A DNA stretch of 64,000 nucleotides, from contig OX597827.1 in assembly GCA_951406725.2 (NCBI GenBank), positions 14,322,001 to 14,386,000 on the forward strand, in the 5' to 3' direction. The notes beneath the pieces were generated by a model, which saw only the letters and a list, made by a program, of their open reading frames with translations, did not search any database and had not been told where the DNA came from. Origin of the DNA: Octopus vulgaris. Lineage: Eukaryota. The position numbers were made by a program, and so were the translations under genes. Shown here one piece after another: positions 10,976 through 23,707 of the stretch. The stretch's first letter is position 1. Every line of letters starts with the position of its first letter.

Positions 10976-11389
10976 GGATCTTTTCGGTTTGAATGGCAGT
11001 TTTTAACATAATTTCTAGGTAACTAAAAAATTTTAAACTTCATATACTGGTAGAATGTGTTTATAAAACATCTTTTTCTCTTGGCTTTATTGAGAAAATT
11101 CTATAGTTTGTAAGATATTTGTTGCTGTTTTTCTTCAATTTCTGCAATTTCAACCAATCACTGGCATCTATTGGAGGTAAAAAACATTCTGTGCCATATG
11201 AATATGTCCCTCATTTAAGAAACAGATTGGGTTTATTTACATTTGTGAAGAAAAAAGATACCCTTCTCCCACCCCTAATCCTAACCCTAAAACAGATTGA
11301 AATGCAATAGATCGATACTAGGGTCATAATTATGGGTGACAATTTCATGACACCGATAGAAAAAACTGCCGTTCAAACCGAAAAGATCC
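10976..11389. mobile_element. Non-autonomous DNA transposon (MITE), superfamily unassigned, nested in an old SINE B
   Basis: ~29-bp TIRs GGATCTTTTCGGTTTGAATGGCAGTTTTT / AAAAACTGCCGTTCAAACCGAAAAGATCC; 7-8 bp TSD AGCCCCA(A/G). Confidence 0.85.
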
Positions 11390-11688
11390 AGCCCCAGTGC
11401 TCAACTGGTACTTACTTTATCAACCCCAAAAAGACGAAAGGCAAAGTCAGCCTTAGTCGGATTTGAACTCAGACCATATAGATAGTTGAAATGCTCCTAA
11501 GCATACTGCCCTACATTCTAACAATTCTACCAGCTCACCACCTTAGTAATAAGGGAATATTAATATTAGGGTGGCCAATTTATGTTCCCTTAAGAGTATT
11601 CAGAAATAATTACAACTTTGAAAATATTGTGATGCACTTTGGGGATGAAATTTAAAAAAAATTTATTTATATATTTTAGCCAATAAAT

Positions 11689-11834
11689 AGGCGTAGGAGT
11701 GGCTGTGTGGTAAGTAGCTTGCTTATGAATCACATGGTTCCGGGTTCAGCCCCACTGCGTAGCACCTTGGGCAAGTGTCTTCTGCTATAGCCTTGTGAGT
11801 GGATTTGGTAGACAGAAACTGAAAGAAGCCCATC

Positions 11835-11909
<75 letters not shown>

Positions 11910-12110
11910 TGTCTGTCCTCCCAACATCACTTGACAACCGATGCTGGTATGTTTACGTCCCTGTAACTTAGTGGTTCGGCAAAAGAGACCAATAGGATAA
12001 GTACTAGGCTTACAAAGAATAAGTCCTGGGATAGATGTGCTTGATTTAAAGGTGGTGCTCCAGCATGGCCGTAGTCAAATGACTGAAACAAGTAAAAGAG
12101 TAAAGAGTAA
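11689..12110 (+). mobile_element. SINE family A, full length
   Basis: AGGCGTAGGAGTGGCTGTGTGG ... GAAACAAGTAAAAGAGTAAAGAG. Confidence 0.9.
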
Positions 12111-12313
12111 ATATATAAATAGTTTAAACAACAGAATGTTATTAATTACTTAATTGCTTAGTCAATAAATGAAGTCTAGTTATCAATGAGCAACATGATC
12201 TAGATATTTTTGGCAATGTTTTTCTGCTTTAGCATATTTAGTTTGCTTGACATGTTTACAATTTTATTCTGTATTATATTTTGATTTTCTTTTTACAATA
12301 TCAGTTTGTATGT

Positions 12314-12535
12314 TACTCTCTTTACTCTTTTACTTGTTTCAGTCATTTGACTGTGGCCATGCTGGAGCACCGCCTTTTTTAATCGAGCAACTCGACCCCG
12401 GGACTTATTCTTTTGTAAGCCCAGCACTTATTCTATCGGTCTCTTTTGCCGAACCGCTAAGTAACGGGGACATAAACACACCAGCATCGGTTGTCAAGCA
12501 ATGCTAGGGTGACAAACACAAACACAGACACACAA

Positions 12536-12572
<37 letters not shown>

Positions 12573-12740
12573 CACATATATACGACGGGCTTCTTTCAGT
12601 TTCCATCTACCAAATCCACTCACAAGGCTTTGGTCGGCCCAAGGCTATAGTTGAAGACACATGCCCAAGGTGCCACACAGTGGGACTGAACCCGGAACCA
12701 TGTGGTTGGTAAACAAGCTACTTACCACACAGCCACTCCT
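12314..12740 (-). mobile_element. SINE family A
   Basis: Reverse complement of the family A consensus. Confidence 0.9.
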
Positions 12741-12889
12741 CCTGTTACACAGTTTTAAATATATAATTCCATTACTTATGTTGCCTGAAAGATGTGACCA
12801 GGTAGAATTGGTAATTTGTTGGAGAAAAATAGTTTAGTGGCATTTCTTTGGGTATTCTCTGGTGTGAGCTCTAATTCTGCCATGGTCAG

Positions 12890-13272
12890 CTTTTACTCTT
12901 TTATTTGTTTCAGTCATTTGACTGTGGCCATGCTGGAGCACCGCCTTTAGTTGAACAAATCAACTCCAGGACTTATTCTTTGTAAGCCTAGTATTTATTC
13001 TATCGGTCTCTTTTGCCAAACCACTAAGTTATGGGGACATAAACACAGCAGCGTCGGTTGTCAAGCGATGGTAGGGGGACAAACACAAACACACAAATAT
13101 ACACACACACACACACATATATATATGTACATATATGATGGGCTTCTTTCAGTTTCCGTCTACCAAATCCACTCATGAAGCTTTGGTTGGCCCAAGGCTA
13201 TAGCAAAAGACGCTTGCCCAAGTTCCCATGCAGTGGGACTGAACTCGGAACCATGTGGTTGGTAAGCAAGCT
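12890..13272 (-). mobile_element. SINE family A, head partly clipped
   Basis: Reverse complement of the family A consensus. Confidence 0.85.
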
Positions 13273-13554
13273 AGGGTTGATAAAATATGTACTAGTTGGG
13301 CCCTGGGTTTGATGTAATTGATTAACACTTTTCTTCTCACATTGCTAGCAATGTTCCAAAATCCCCAGAACCAATAATGTGTTGGAAAATATGCTTTACC
13401 ATATTTGTTCTGGCTTTTTTTTTTTTTACTCTCTGTGTTCAGACACCAATGAGGTCAATTTTGCTTTTCATCCATTTGGGCTTGATAAAATAAACTAACA
13501 ACTGAGTTAGAAACAATACCTTTTTGTGATGAGAATCTAGCACATACATCTTAA

Positions 13555-13775
13555 CCCTTTAGTGTTCACGTCATTCTGCTAAAATTAATGCTTTTTCATC
13601 CACATTGTTTTGAACTAATCATGCATTATCTTGTAGCTATGAGATTTTGATGAGGTAGCTGTTAATTTTTAAAACGATGTTGTAGGGTTGGTGTGAGAGA
13701 CCAGATACGGCCAGTTTGAACATAAAACAAGCAGAATACTTTTGGCCGGATATGGCCGGTTTAAATGCTAAAGGG
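13555..13775. mobile_element. TTAA-specific (piggyBac-like) MITE
   Basis: TTAA-CCCTTTAG ... CTAAAGGG-TTAA; inverted relative to the 7206 copy. Confidence 0.8.
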
Positions 13776-14089
13776 TTAAACATCAAATCAAGAAAAATGG
13801 CAACTCTTTAGAATGCTTAGCAACATCGTTGAATCTTTATGTGAAGCAGAAACGAGGGAAGAAAGGCTTAAAATGAATCCACAAAAAGAGAAGATTTAAA
13901 TGTTGTAGCCACTCACTAATGTGACATCTGATTGCAAGGACACACACATACACACATAAGCAAGGGCTTCCCCACAGTTTTCATTTGCCAACATCCAGTG
14001 ACAAGCTATTAGTCAATCAGAGATTACAGTAGAAGACACCCCAAAATATTTGAAAGGAACTGTGTCCCTTTGCAGTTTGATATACTTAA

Positions 14090-14439
14090 TTTTACTTTTA
14101 CTTGTTTCAGTCATTTGACTGCGGCCATGCTGGAGCACCGCCTTTAGTCGAGCAACTCGACCCCGGGACTTATTCTTTTGTAAGCCCAGTACTTATTCTA
14201 TCGGTCTCATTTTGCCGAACCGCTAGGTGACGGGGACGTAAACACACCAGCATCGGTTGTCAAGCAATGCTAGGGGGACAAACACAGACACACAAACACA
14301 CACACATATATATATATATACGACAGGCTTCTTTCAGTTTCCGTCTACCAAATCCACTCACAAGGCATTGGTCAGCCCGGGGCTATAGCAGAAGACACTT
14401 GCCCAAGGTGCCACGCAGTGGGACTGAACCCGGAACCAT
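14090..14439 (-). mobile_element. SINE family A, 5'-truncated
   Basis: Reverse complement of the family A consensus, lacking the A-box. Confidence 0.88.
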
Positions 14440-14642
14440 ATTTACACTAGTATCCAATTAAAGATCTTCCTGATTAGAAACATTGTTCAAGGATTTAGGT
14501 TTTCAACACATCTACATCTTCAAATAATAAAATATTTCAGTTATTCATTTTCTTCAGGTAGCTCTGTGGTTTAAACACTGTTGTCTTAGATAAAGCACAA
14601 ATGTCTCTCAGTTGTAAAGGTCAAATCTTCAGTAGACATTAA

Positions 14643-14864
14643 CCCTTTTGATACCAACCCGGCCAAAACCGCCTCTGGCTCTGTAGTACAAATGTCTTGT
14701 TTTCTTAAGTATTGAATTAAAATCTTCCACCAAACCTTTGTCACAATTTATGTTCCCAAGACTAGCTGAATGATAACTAAATTCTTTTATTAAATTCTTT
14801 GTTATATTTAAAATTAATTCAATGAAACACAGAGCATCTCAAAATAAATACGGTAACAAAAGGG
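14643..14864. mobile_element. TTAA-specific MITE, second family
   Basis: TTAA-CCCTTTTGATACC ... GGTAACAAAAGGG-TTAA; sister copy at 15428-15647. Confidence 0.8.
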
Positions 14865-15427
14865 TTAATATCTTTCCAGTAACGACTTGCAAAGTAAAAT
14901 AGTACCTACAGCAATTAGCAACTTGTGCCAAAGTTTAAGCATTAAATTAGAAGTTCTGAAATTTCTTAGAGAAGGACTAACTTTTATTTTACAGCTCAAG
15001 TCAGTCAGTAGAATGGAGAAGCTCTATAAAACATTTAGAAATTTCTTAAAGGGTAAAATACACAAGCATAAGATGTACATATAGACACATAGACACACAA
15101 ACATACACACATACATGAAGCAAGTCCGATGCAATCTGAATTTTCATTTTATAAGGAGAACCAGACACTGTCCACTCTTATTCAAGCCTGTTTTGCAATT
15201 AAATTGTTTTGTGTTCAATCCCACCACATTGAGATCTTCTGTAAGTGTTTTCAATTATAAAACCAGGTCAAACAGAGCCAAGCCCATCATATGAATTTAT
15301 GTGTGTATATAATTAGGTGTGCATATTAGCAACACAAAGCATCAGAATGCAGGACCTGGCCAAGGTAGGTGTCTGTAAGAAGCCTAGGAAACTTAAAGTT
15401 GCATGGAGCCAAACCAAACTGTTTTAA

Positions 15428-15647
15428 CCCTTTCGTTATCAACCCGGCTGAAACTGGCTCTGGCTCTGTTGTACAAATGTCTTGTTTTCATAAGTTTGAA
15501 TTAAAATCTTTCACCAAACCTTTGTCCCAATTTATGTTCCTAACACCAGCTTAATGATAACTAAGTTATTTCACTAAATTCTTTGTTATATTTAAAATTA
15601 ATTGAAAGAAACACAGAACATCTCAACAGAAATATGGAACAAAAAGG
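15428..15647. mobile_element. TTAA-specific MITE, second family
   Basis: Collinear with 14643-14864; TTAA on both sides. Confidence 0.8.
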
Positions 15648-15680
15648 TTAAAGATTTTTAAATAAGAATATATGATCACA

Positions 15681-15943
15681 TACCCGTGCCGCTGACACGT
15701 TAAAAGCTCGAACCGATCGTGACCGATGCCGGACCCTTCGGCCCCTGTGCAGGTGGCACGTAAAAAGCACCCAATCCACTCACGGAGTGGTTGGCGTTAG
15801 GAAGGGCATCCAGCCATAGAAACTCTGCCAGATTCAGACTGGAGCCTGGAGCGGCCCCTGGCTTCCCAGACCCGGTCGAACCGTCCAACCCGTGCTAGCG
15901 CGGAAAGCAGACGTTAAACGATGATGATGATGATGATGATGAT
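15681..15943 (+). mobile_element. SINE-like family C, 3' part
   Basis: GGTGGCACGTAAAAAGCACC ... GACGTTAAAC(GAT)n. Confidence 0.85.
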
Positions 15944-16248
15944 ACACACACACACACGCACATCTATATTACAGGCTTCCGCAGTATTTCCATCATGCAA
16001 AAGGCGTTGGTCAGCCTGGGGCTGTAATAGAAGGTGCTTGCCGATGGTGCCACACAGTGGGACTGAACCCAAAACCATGTGATTCCAAAGCAAACTTTTT
16101 AACAATGCAGCTACGCCTAACCTATGTATAAGGTTGTCAGATTCATTGTAGTTATAATTCAAAGAATAAAGCCAGCATGTCACATGCTGAGTCATGTGGA
16201 GTATTCTTGTGCATAAGGTTGTTGCAGTTGTGACTTAGCCCCAGGTTT

Positions 16249-16400
16249 GAAGGCACGTGGCTTAATGGTTAGGGTATTCAGCTTTCAATTGTAAGGCCCA
16301 TGAGTTCGATTCCCAGTAGTGCTTCATGTCCTTGAGCAAGACATTTTATTTCACATTGCTTCAGGTTCAGCTGAGCAGAACTGAATGCAAAGGGACGTAA
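16249..16400 (+). mobile_element. tRNA-derived SINE with V-like domain (family E-related)
   Basis: A-box TGGCTTAATGG, B-box GAGTTCGATTCC, then TGTCCTTGAGCAAGACATTTT; similar head at ~47568-47666. Confidence 0.65.
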
Positions 16401-18051
16401 TTGCCAAGCAGACACTTTAACCACACAGCCAGATCTGCGTGTGCATGTGTGCATATGTGTATGTGCGTGCATGTGTGCATATTTGAATGTGTATGTTTTC
16501 TGTGTGTGTGTGTGTATGATTGTGTGTGTGTGTGCAAGGGAAAATGAGATACCATAAATGCATTTGTATGAAGGCAGTAAGTTGTTACTAAATGGATAAA
16601 ACTCACCAATACAGGGAAAAGGGTATAAAAAGGGTATAAAAAGGTATGATAAAACTGATGAAGAGGATACTGATCATTGCTGATATAAATATCTATACAA
16701 TTATATATATAATATATATATACAACTATATATAGGTGTGTATATAGAATATATATATATGTGTGTGTATGTATGTATGTATGTATGTATATATATACAT
16801 ATATGTGTGTGTATATATATATGTGTACGTGTATGTGTGTATATATATATATGTACGTGTGTGTGTGTATATATATGTATATATATTTACAGTTTATGTA
16901 TATATAGATAGATATAGATTTATAGATGGATAGATTGATCGATATACACACACACATATGAAATATACATAATACCCACAAAACACATACCTATTCACAT
17001 AAAGTTCTTCTCTCCCCATCTCTCTTTGTCTTCTTTTCCATTTTTCCATGCCACACACACACACACACACACACACACAAATGCATACATACACAACAAT
17101 AACTACACACATACACACACTCACACACACAGGTGACTAAATAATAGCCTTAGCTAGCATTCAGACTTTGATGTCTTCCATTAGACAGTTTTATAACTAC
17201 ACCATTGTTATTTAAGTAAATTTATGTGCTGACATAAAACCCTGTGCCGTTACAAAGAAGCTCCACAAAACTGTGTCCATTACTTCATATGAATGACTTA
17301 AGCAATGCTTAAAAATTTGTCAGATTAGTCATTTAAGGCATAGCATCTATTAGCATTTCTCTTATATTCAGTGACAAAACATTACATTTATTTACACTCA
17401 TTGTATTTTCTCATATTTGTTTTATAATTTATTACATGGCTTATCTATGCTGATTTTTCACTATCATTGCTTGCAAAGGAATTCTGTTTAAAAATTACAC
17501 ACATAGACACATACACACGCACACCCTAATTCATACTTAGAAACTTAGGTATATAGATATATAGACATGTCCATATATATACATATATATATATATATAT
17601 ATGGACTGCAAAACAAAATAGGAGAGTTCATAAACTATATAGTTATGTCAGCTTATATACATTTTATTAACGATGAAAATTTACCAGTTATATAAAGAAA
17701 TTTTCAAAAGCCACTTGCATTGTCAAATCTTCAGAGATTGCGTAACACTCTTTAGTAACCTTTAGTTTTGATGCTGGGATGCTGACAGTGTTATTGTGTT
17801 GATAACCACAACAACTGTGCTAAATTAGTTTAAGGAATTCACTTTTATATTTACATGCAGACATGCACTGATACTTCCATATATATATGTATATATAAAC
17901 ATATAAGAGAGAGACAGACGGACAGACAGAGGGATAAATAGAGATAGATTGATTGATAGATAGTTAGAGAGAAACATGTTCATATATATTTCAGATATAT
18001 AAATACACAGATATATATATATAGCATATAATATATAAATATATATATATT

Positions 18052-18275
18052 CTCTTTTATCTCTTTGTCTTTTACTTGTTTCAGTCATTTGACTGCGGCC
18101 ATGCTGGAGCACTGCATTTAGTCGAGCAAATCGATCCCAGGACTTATTCTTTGGAAGCCTAGTACTTATTCTATTGGTCTCTTTTGCTGAACCGCTAAGT
18201 TACGGGGATGTAAACACTCCACCATCGGTTATCAAGCGATGTTGGTGGGGGACAAACACAGACACACAAACATAT

Positions 18276-18295
<20 letters not shown>
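18052..18295 (-). mobile_element. SINE family A, 3' half, followed by (TA)n, (TAG)n and (TATC)n microsatellites
   Basis: Family A tail and body; simple repeats at 18283-18360 and 18453-18552. Confidence 0.85.
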
Positions 18296-18360
<65 letters not shown>

Positions 18361-18453
18361 ACAGTCATGTTCTACAATTGACAACTGTAGTGACATGATT
18401 AAATTTGTCCTTTAAAATACCTTCCAATAGGCTCCAGCAGGCTGCACCTTATG

Positions 18454-18533
<80 letters not shown>

Positions 18534-18942
18534 GTCTATTTATCTATCTATAAATGTGTGTGTATGTGTGTGTGTGTTCTTTCTGCTTTTGCTTGCTTAT
18601 GATAGTCCATCAAAGGTGATGACAGAATCAGTCCAGGACATTCCTCCCCCTTCACCTCCAGCACATTCTTTCTTATGGGATCAGACATGGCCTACAAGAA
18701 GAGTACTAGATAGATAGATCCTGTGGCACTAAGGGCACCCAAAGTGACCATGAACGACAGTAGCAAGGGGTTAATGATGACATCTTCTGATTTCAGTTTC
18801 AAAGCACTCTACTCTAGCATAACACATGGACTTATGCACCTTCTGATTAACGGCACTCACAGGACCCTCAATTCATTGGGAGGGATACCTCATAAAATGA
18901 GGGACTGCTTGAGATGATCATGAAAACAGTCATATGCCTATG

Positions 18943-19162
18943 TATAAGGGGGTCCTGAAAAGTTCCTGGTTTTGGGTAAAAGAAAATATTGGTGGATCAG
19001 TTAATTATGATTTTATCCAACAGATTCCACTCTCAGATTCATACACTTTTTGCAGCGGCCTTTCAGTTTTTCTAAGCCCTGTAAAAAAACTCGGAAGGTT
19101 GGGCCTCCAGCCAGGCCTTTTGCAATACCCTAAAAGCCAGGAACTTTCCAGCACCTCTTCAT
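18943..19162. mobile_element. mariner-type MITE
   Basis: Imperfect TIRs TATAAGGGGGTCCTGAAAAGTTCCTGGTTTT / AAAAGCCAGGAACTTTCCAGCACCTCTTCATA with TA ends. Confidence 0.7.
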
Positions 19163-19224
19163 ATATATTTTTGAGTGCATGAATCCATACTTGCATGAAA
19201 CCATTTGAGAAAATGGTGATGTTG

Positions 19225-19938
19225 TACAAGGAGAAGCTGAAAAGTTCCTGGCCTTGCATAAAAGAAAATACAGGAGGATCAGTTAATTTATGATTTTATG
19301 TGCTGGTGGCAGGTAAAAAGCACCAACCGGTCATTAACAGTTCCGTCTGGCTACTGTGCCGGTGACACGTAAAAAGCACTCACTACACTCTCGGAGTGGT
19401 TGGCGTTAGGAAGGGCATCCAGCTGTAGAAACACTGCCAAATCAGACTAGAGCCTGGTGCAGCCTTCTGGCTTCCCAGACCCCAGTCGAACCGTCCAACC
19501 CATGCCAGCATGGAAAACAGACGTTAAACGATGATGATGATGATGATGATGCTGACTACCCTCTCAGATTCATAATCGTATTTCTTTATTGCCCACAAGG
19601 GGCTAAACATAGAGGGGACAAACAAAGACAGACAAATGGATTAAGTCGATCACATCGACCCCAGTGCATAACTGGTGCTTAATTTATCGATCCCGAAAGG
19701 ATGAAAGGCAAAGTCAACGTCGGCAGAATTTGAACTCAAAACGTAATGGCAGACGAAATACTGTTAAGCATTTCCTCCGGCATGCTGACGATTCTGCCAG
19801 CTCACCACCTTTTAATAATTTTATTGCAGCGATCCTTCAGTTTTTCTGAACTCTGTGAAAGAACTCAGAAATTTGGGCCTCTAGCCGGCCCTTTCACTAT
19901 ACCCTAAAAGCCAGGAATTTTTCAGCACTGCCTCATAT
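19225..19938. mobile_element. Second mariner-type MITE copy, interrupted by SINE C (+, ~19300-19550) and SINE B (-, ~19578-19811)
   Basis: Same TIRs and body as 18943-19162, resuming after each nested insertion. Confidence 0.7.
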
Positions 19939-20414
19939 ATAAGTGGTTGAGTGCATGAATCCATACATTCCACATCTTTGCATGAAACCATTTGAGAAAA
20001 TGGTAATGTTATGTTTTTATTCCATGTAAACAATATGCCCAGTGGCTCTATATTTCTGCAGTCCAATGGAACAAAGTGTACGTATGTATTTTATCTCAGT
20101 TGGATCAGGTAACTATGGTAATTTTGCTATGGGCAAAATTACAACAACATATACAGAATGAGTATACTTCATGTTTTTCAACTTTGAACAACATGGGCAG
20201 ATGTTACAACACTCCTCTCTTTAGAAAAGACTAATAAGTGTGTGGTTGCATAATCTATTCAGTAAACTTTAAGATGGATTGGCTCAAGGAATTTGATGAT
20301 TATAATAATGATAGCAACTGAATTTATATATACAAATCCTAATCCAAAAGTATCAGGATGACTGTTACTATGGTAGCAGATCTAAGGTCCTCAGAGTGAA
20401 GCTACTTGGCACAG

Positions 20415-20640
20415 ATTGGCAGAATCGTTAGCAAGCCGGGCGAAATGCGTAGCCATATTTCGTCTGTCGTTACGTTCTGGGTTCAAATTCCGCTGAGGTC
20501 TACTTTGCCTTTCATCCTTTCGGGGTCGATAAATTAAGTACCAGTTACACACTGGGGTCGATATAATCGACTTATTCCGTTTGTCTGTCCTTGTTTTTGT
20601 CCCCTCTATGTTTAGCCCCTTGTGGGTAATAAAGAAACAG
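20415..20640 (+). mobile_element. SINE family B
   Basis: TGGCAGAATCGTTAGC ... TTTAGCCCCTTGTGGGTAATAAAGAAA. Confidence 0.88.
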
Positions 20641-20683
20641 ATTGACCTTGAACTCTGTTAAGCATGCACGCTAGTTATAATTG

Positions 20684-20950
20684 TGGAGGTGCAATGCTTA
20701 GTGGTTAGGGTGTTGGACTCATGATTGTAAGATTGTGGTTTTGATTCTTGGACCGGGCAAGACAATGTGTTCTTGAGCAAAACACTTTATTTCCTGTTGC
20801 TCTAGTCCACTCAGCTGGCAAAAATGAGTTACCCTGCGATGGAGTGGAGTCCTATCCAGGTGGGGAATTTATTTGCCATGCAAACTGGGAAACCAGCCCT
20901 TCTGAGTCAGCATGACTCGAGAAAGCAACATTATTAACTTTTACCTTTAC
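20684..20950 (+). mobile_element. SINE family E (tRNA head plus V-domain-like core)
   Basis: Head GGAGGTGCAATGCTTAGTGGTTAGGG; TGTGTTCTTGAGCAAAACACTT; CCCTGCGATGGAGTGGAGTCCTATCCAGG; (TTTAC)-type tail. Confidence 0.75.
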
Positions 20951-20985
20951 TAAGTTACAATGTTCTCACTCATTTTTTGATGTCT

Positions 20986-21460
20986 AGGTGTAGGAGTGGC
21001 TGTGTGGTAAGTAGCTTGCTTACCAACCACATAGTTCTAGGTTCAGTCCCACTGCGTGGCACCTTGGGCAAGTGTCTACTACTATAGCCTTGAGCTGACC
21101 AAAGCCTTGTGAGTGGATTTGGTAGACGGAAACTGAAAGAAGCCCATCGTATATATGAATATATATATATATATATATAGAACAATCTTACTTAGAAATG
21201 GATGCGTGCGTTCATATATATATATGTATGTGTGTGTGTATATGTTTGTGTGTCTGTGTTTGTCCCCCCAACATCGCTTCACAACTGCTGCTGGGGTGCT
21301 TACGTCCCCGTAACTTAGCAGTTCAGCAAAAGAGACCAATAGAATAAGTACTAGGCTTACAAAGAGTAAGTCCTGGGGGTGATGTGCTCGACTAAAGGTG
21401 GTGCTCCAGCATGACTACAGTCAAATGACTGAAACAAATAAAAGAGTAAAAGATTAAAAG
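20986..21460 (+). mobile_element. SINE family A, full length
   Basis: Family A consensus. Confidence 0.88.
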
Positions 21461-22030
21461 AATATATAGCAGTGCTTGGAATTAAAGTGTGTAGAGTGTG
21501 GTCATTGGACAGAATTTTATGCATCTGGTGAGTGGCAACCCCACCATGACAACACACCTGCCCATTCAGCACAACTTGTTCAGCGGGTTTTGGATAAGTG
21601 CAACACTCCCCAGGTCTGACAACAACCATATTCTTCAGGTTACACCACTTGTGACTTTTTTCTCTTTCCAAAAATCAGATCCCACTTGAAAAGGGTGTGA
21701 CAAAGCAGCTGCTCACTACCCACAAAAAAAAGGGAGTCCTAGGAATGCTTCCATCAACGGTGGCTTCTGAGGGGACTACTTCGGAGAAGATTAAATGCTG
21801 AATTTGATATGTGTTGTAGACTTTCTATTTATAGCATCGATCCTGATAGTTTTTCTTTTTTTATCAGACTTCATAAAACTAATTTACTAGGAGGAAATCG
21901 CAGAGATAATAATGATAATAACAAAAATAACAACAAAAATAGGCATGGGTTGACCAAAGCCATGTGAATGGATTTGGTAGACAAAAACTGAAAGAAACCC
22001 CTCATATATGTATATACGCGTATGTGTGTG

Positions 22031-22072
<42 letters not shown>

Positions 22073-22500
22073 GAGTATTCCCTGTGATCACAATATAACG
22101 GCAAAAGAATTTGACAAGATTAGTAAATATAAAGACCTGCTAATGGAAATTGAAAAAATGTGGCATCTCAAGACGACTACAGTACCAGTGATTGTAGGAT
22201 CTCTAAGAATGATAAAAAAAGGTACTGAAACCTATTTGAAAATGATTCCAGGCTTACCATCCCTACAGGAAGTGCAAAAAATCGCATTAACTGGAACGGC
22301 TCATGTACTGAGAAGAGCACTATCGCTGTGAAAATAACATCCATCCATGAATTTATTTATTTATTAATTTTTAAATACATATTTTATCTGTGAATTTGCG
22401 CGTGTAATCTGGGAATGCATACAATGCCCTTCTCTGCCCTAGGTGTATGGAAAACACTCGGCGAGAAACAGAAGAAAATTTGAAGAAAAAAGGAAAAAAC
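22073..22500 (+). mobile_element. 3' fragment of R4/Dong-like non-LTR retrotransposon (restriction-like endonuclease C-terminus), subfamily 1
   Basis: Frame 22077-22331 reads IPCDHNITAKEFDKISKYKDLLMEIEKMWHLKTTTVPVIVGSLRMI...EVQKIALTGTAHVLRRALSL*, the K..KY.DL...VPVIVG.LG signature of REL domains; (TAA)n on both sides. Confidence 0.8.
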
Positions 22501-22520
22501 ATAATAATAATAATAATAAT

Positions 22521-22774
22521 AAATGGCAGAAATTCAAAAGATAGTGCTTATGGGAACTGCTCATATCCTACGCAAATACTTTCTATATAATCTCAAGTTT
22601 TAAAACAATCATAATTTTCGTATGTTTTTTTTTTTTTGACATTCACTAGTACAAAACCAAATATATGGCACACTAGGCATAACACCAACATGAACTTCCA
22701 ACTTGTTGTCTCTTGAGTTCTCTGGGTGAGACTTGGAGCCAACTTGAACAAATGTAAAGCAAAAGTCAAACATA

Positions 22775-22776
<2 letters not shown>
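22521..22776 (+). mobile_element. 3' fragment of R4/Dong-like element, subfamily 2
   Basis: Reads MAEIQKIVLMGTAHILRKILSI*; near-identical to 23442-23707; (TAA)n on both sides. Confidence 0.8.
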
Positions 22777-22853
<77 letters not shown>

Positions 22854-22899
22854 TCAATTTAGTAATACTAAATCAAATTTCACAATATATAATACATGT

Positions 22900-23161
22900 A
22901 TATAAATTAGAGAAGAACCACCAACAATGATATACTTAAATTATACCATATAGAAATAAATTATTGATACGATAAAACATTTACCTAGAACTAAATAAAG
23001 TACTAAATAATAAATAAATCGTATATAATTAGTAAATATATGATTTATTTATTATTTAGTACTTTATTTAGTTCTAGGTAAAGGTTTTTTTTTTCTATAT
23101 GGTATGATTTAAGTATATCATAGCTGAATTGCTTTATGGTGGTTCTTCTCTAATTTATATA
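22900..23161. repeat. Large AT-rich palindrome (fold-back)
   Basis: TATATAAATTAGAGAAGAACCACCA / TGGTGGTTCTTCTCTAATTTATATA at the ends; long near-perfect inner arms 22980-23026/23036-23082. Confidence 0.85.
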
Positions 23162-23242
23162 CATATATATATATTTATGTGTATGTGTGTCTTTGTTTGT
23201 CACCCGCCACCATTACTGAACAACTGTTTGTCAAAAGAGACC

Positions 23243-23297
<55 letters not shown>

Positions 23298-23299
<2 letters not shown>

Positions 23300-23707
23300 C
23301 TGAGCAAATATAAAGATCTTGAAATAGAAATCAGCAAAATGTGGAACCTGAATACTAAAACAATAACTGTTGTCATAGGTGCCCTGGGAATGATAGCAAA
23401 AGGGGCTGATCACTACCTAACTCAGATACCAGGAAACCCCAAAATGGCAGAAATTCAAAAGATAGTGCTCATGGGAACTGCTCATATCCTACGCAAAATA
23501 CTTTCTATGTAATCTCAAGTTTTAAAACAAGCATAATTTTCGTATGTTTTTTTTTTGATATTCACTAGTACAACACTAAGTACAAAACCAAATGTATGGC
23601 ACACTAGGCATAACAACAATACAAACTTCCAACCTATTATCTCTTGAGGTCTCTGGGTGAGACTTGGAGCCAACTTGTACAAATATAAAGCAAAAGTCAA
23701 ACATAGA
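23298..23707 (+). mobile_element. 3' fragment of R4/Dong-like element, subfamily 2
   Basis: Reads KLSKYKDLEIEISKMWNLNTKTITVVIGALGMIAKG...EIQKIVLMGTAHILRKILSM* (stop at 23512); (TAA)n on both sides. Confidence 0.82.

Noticed and set aside
11272-11290. CCCTAA telomere-like repeats
   Set aside because: Only about three imperfect units, inside a MITE.
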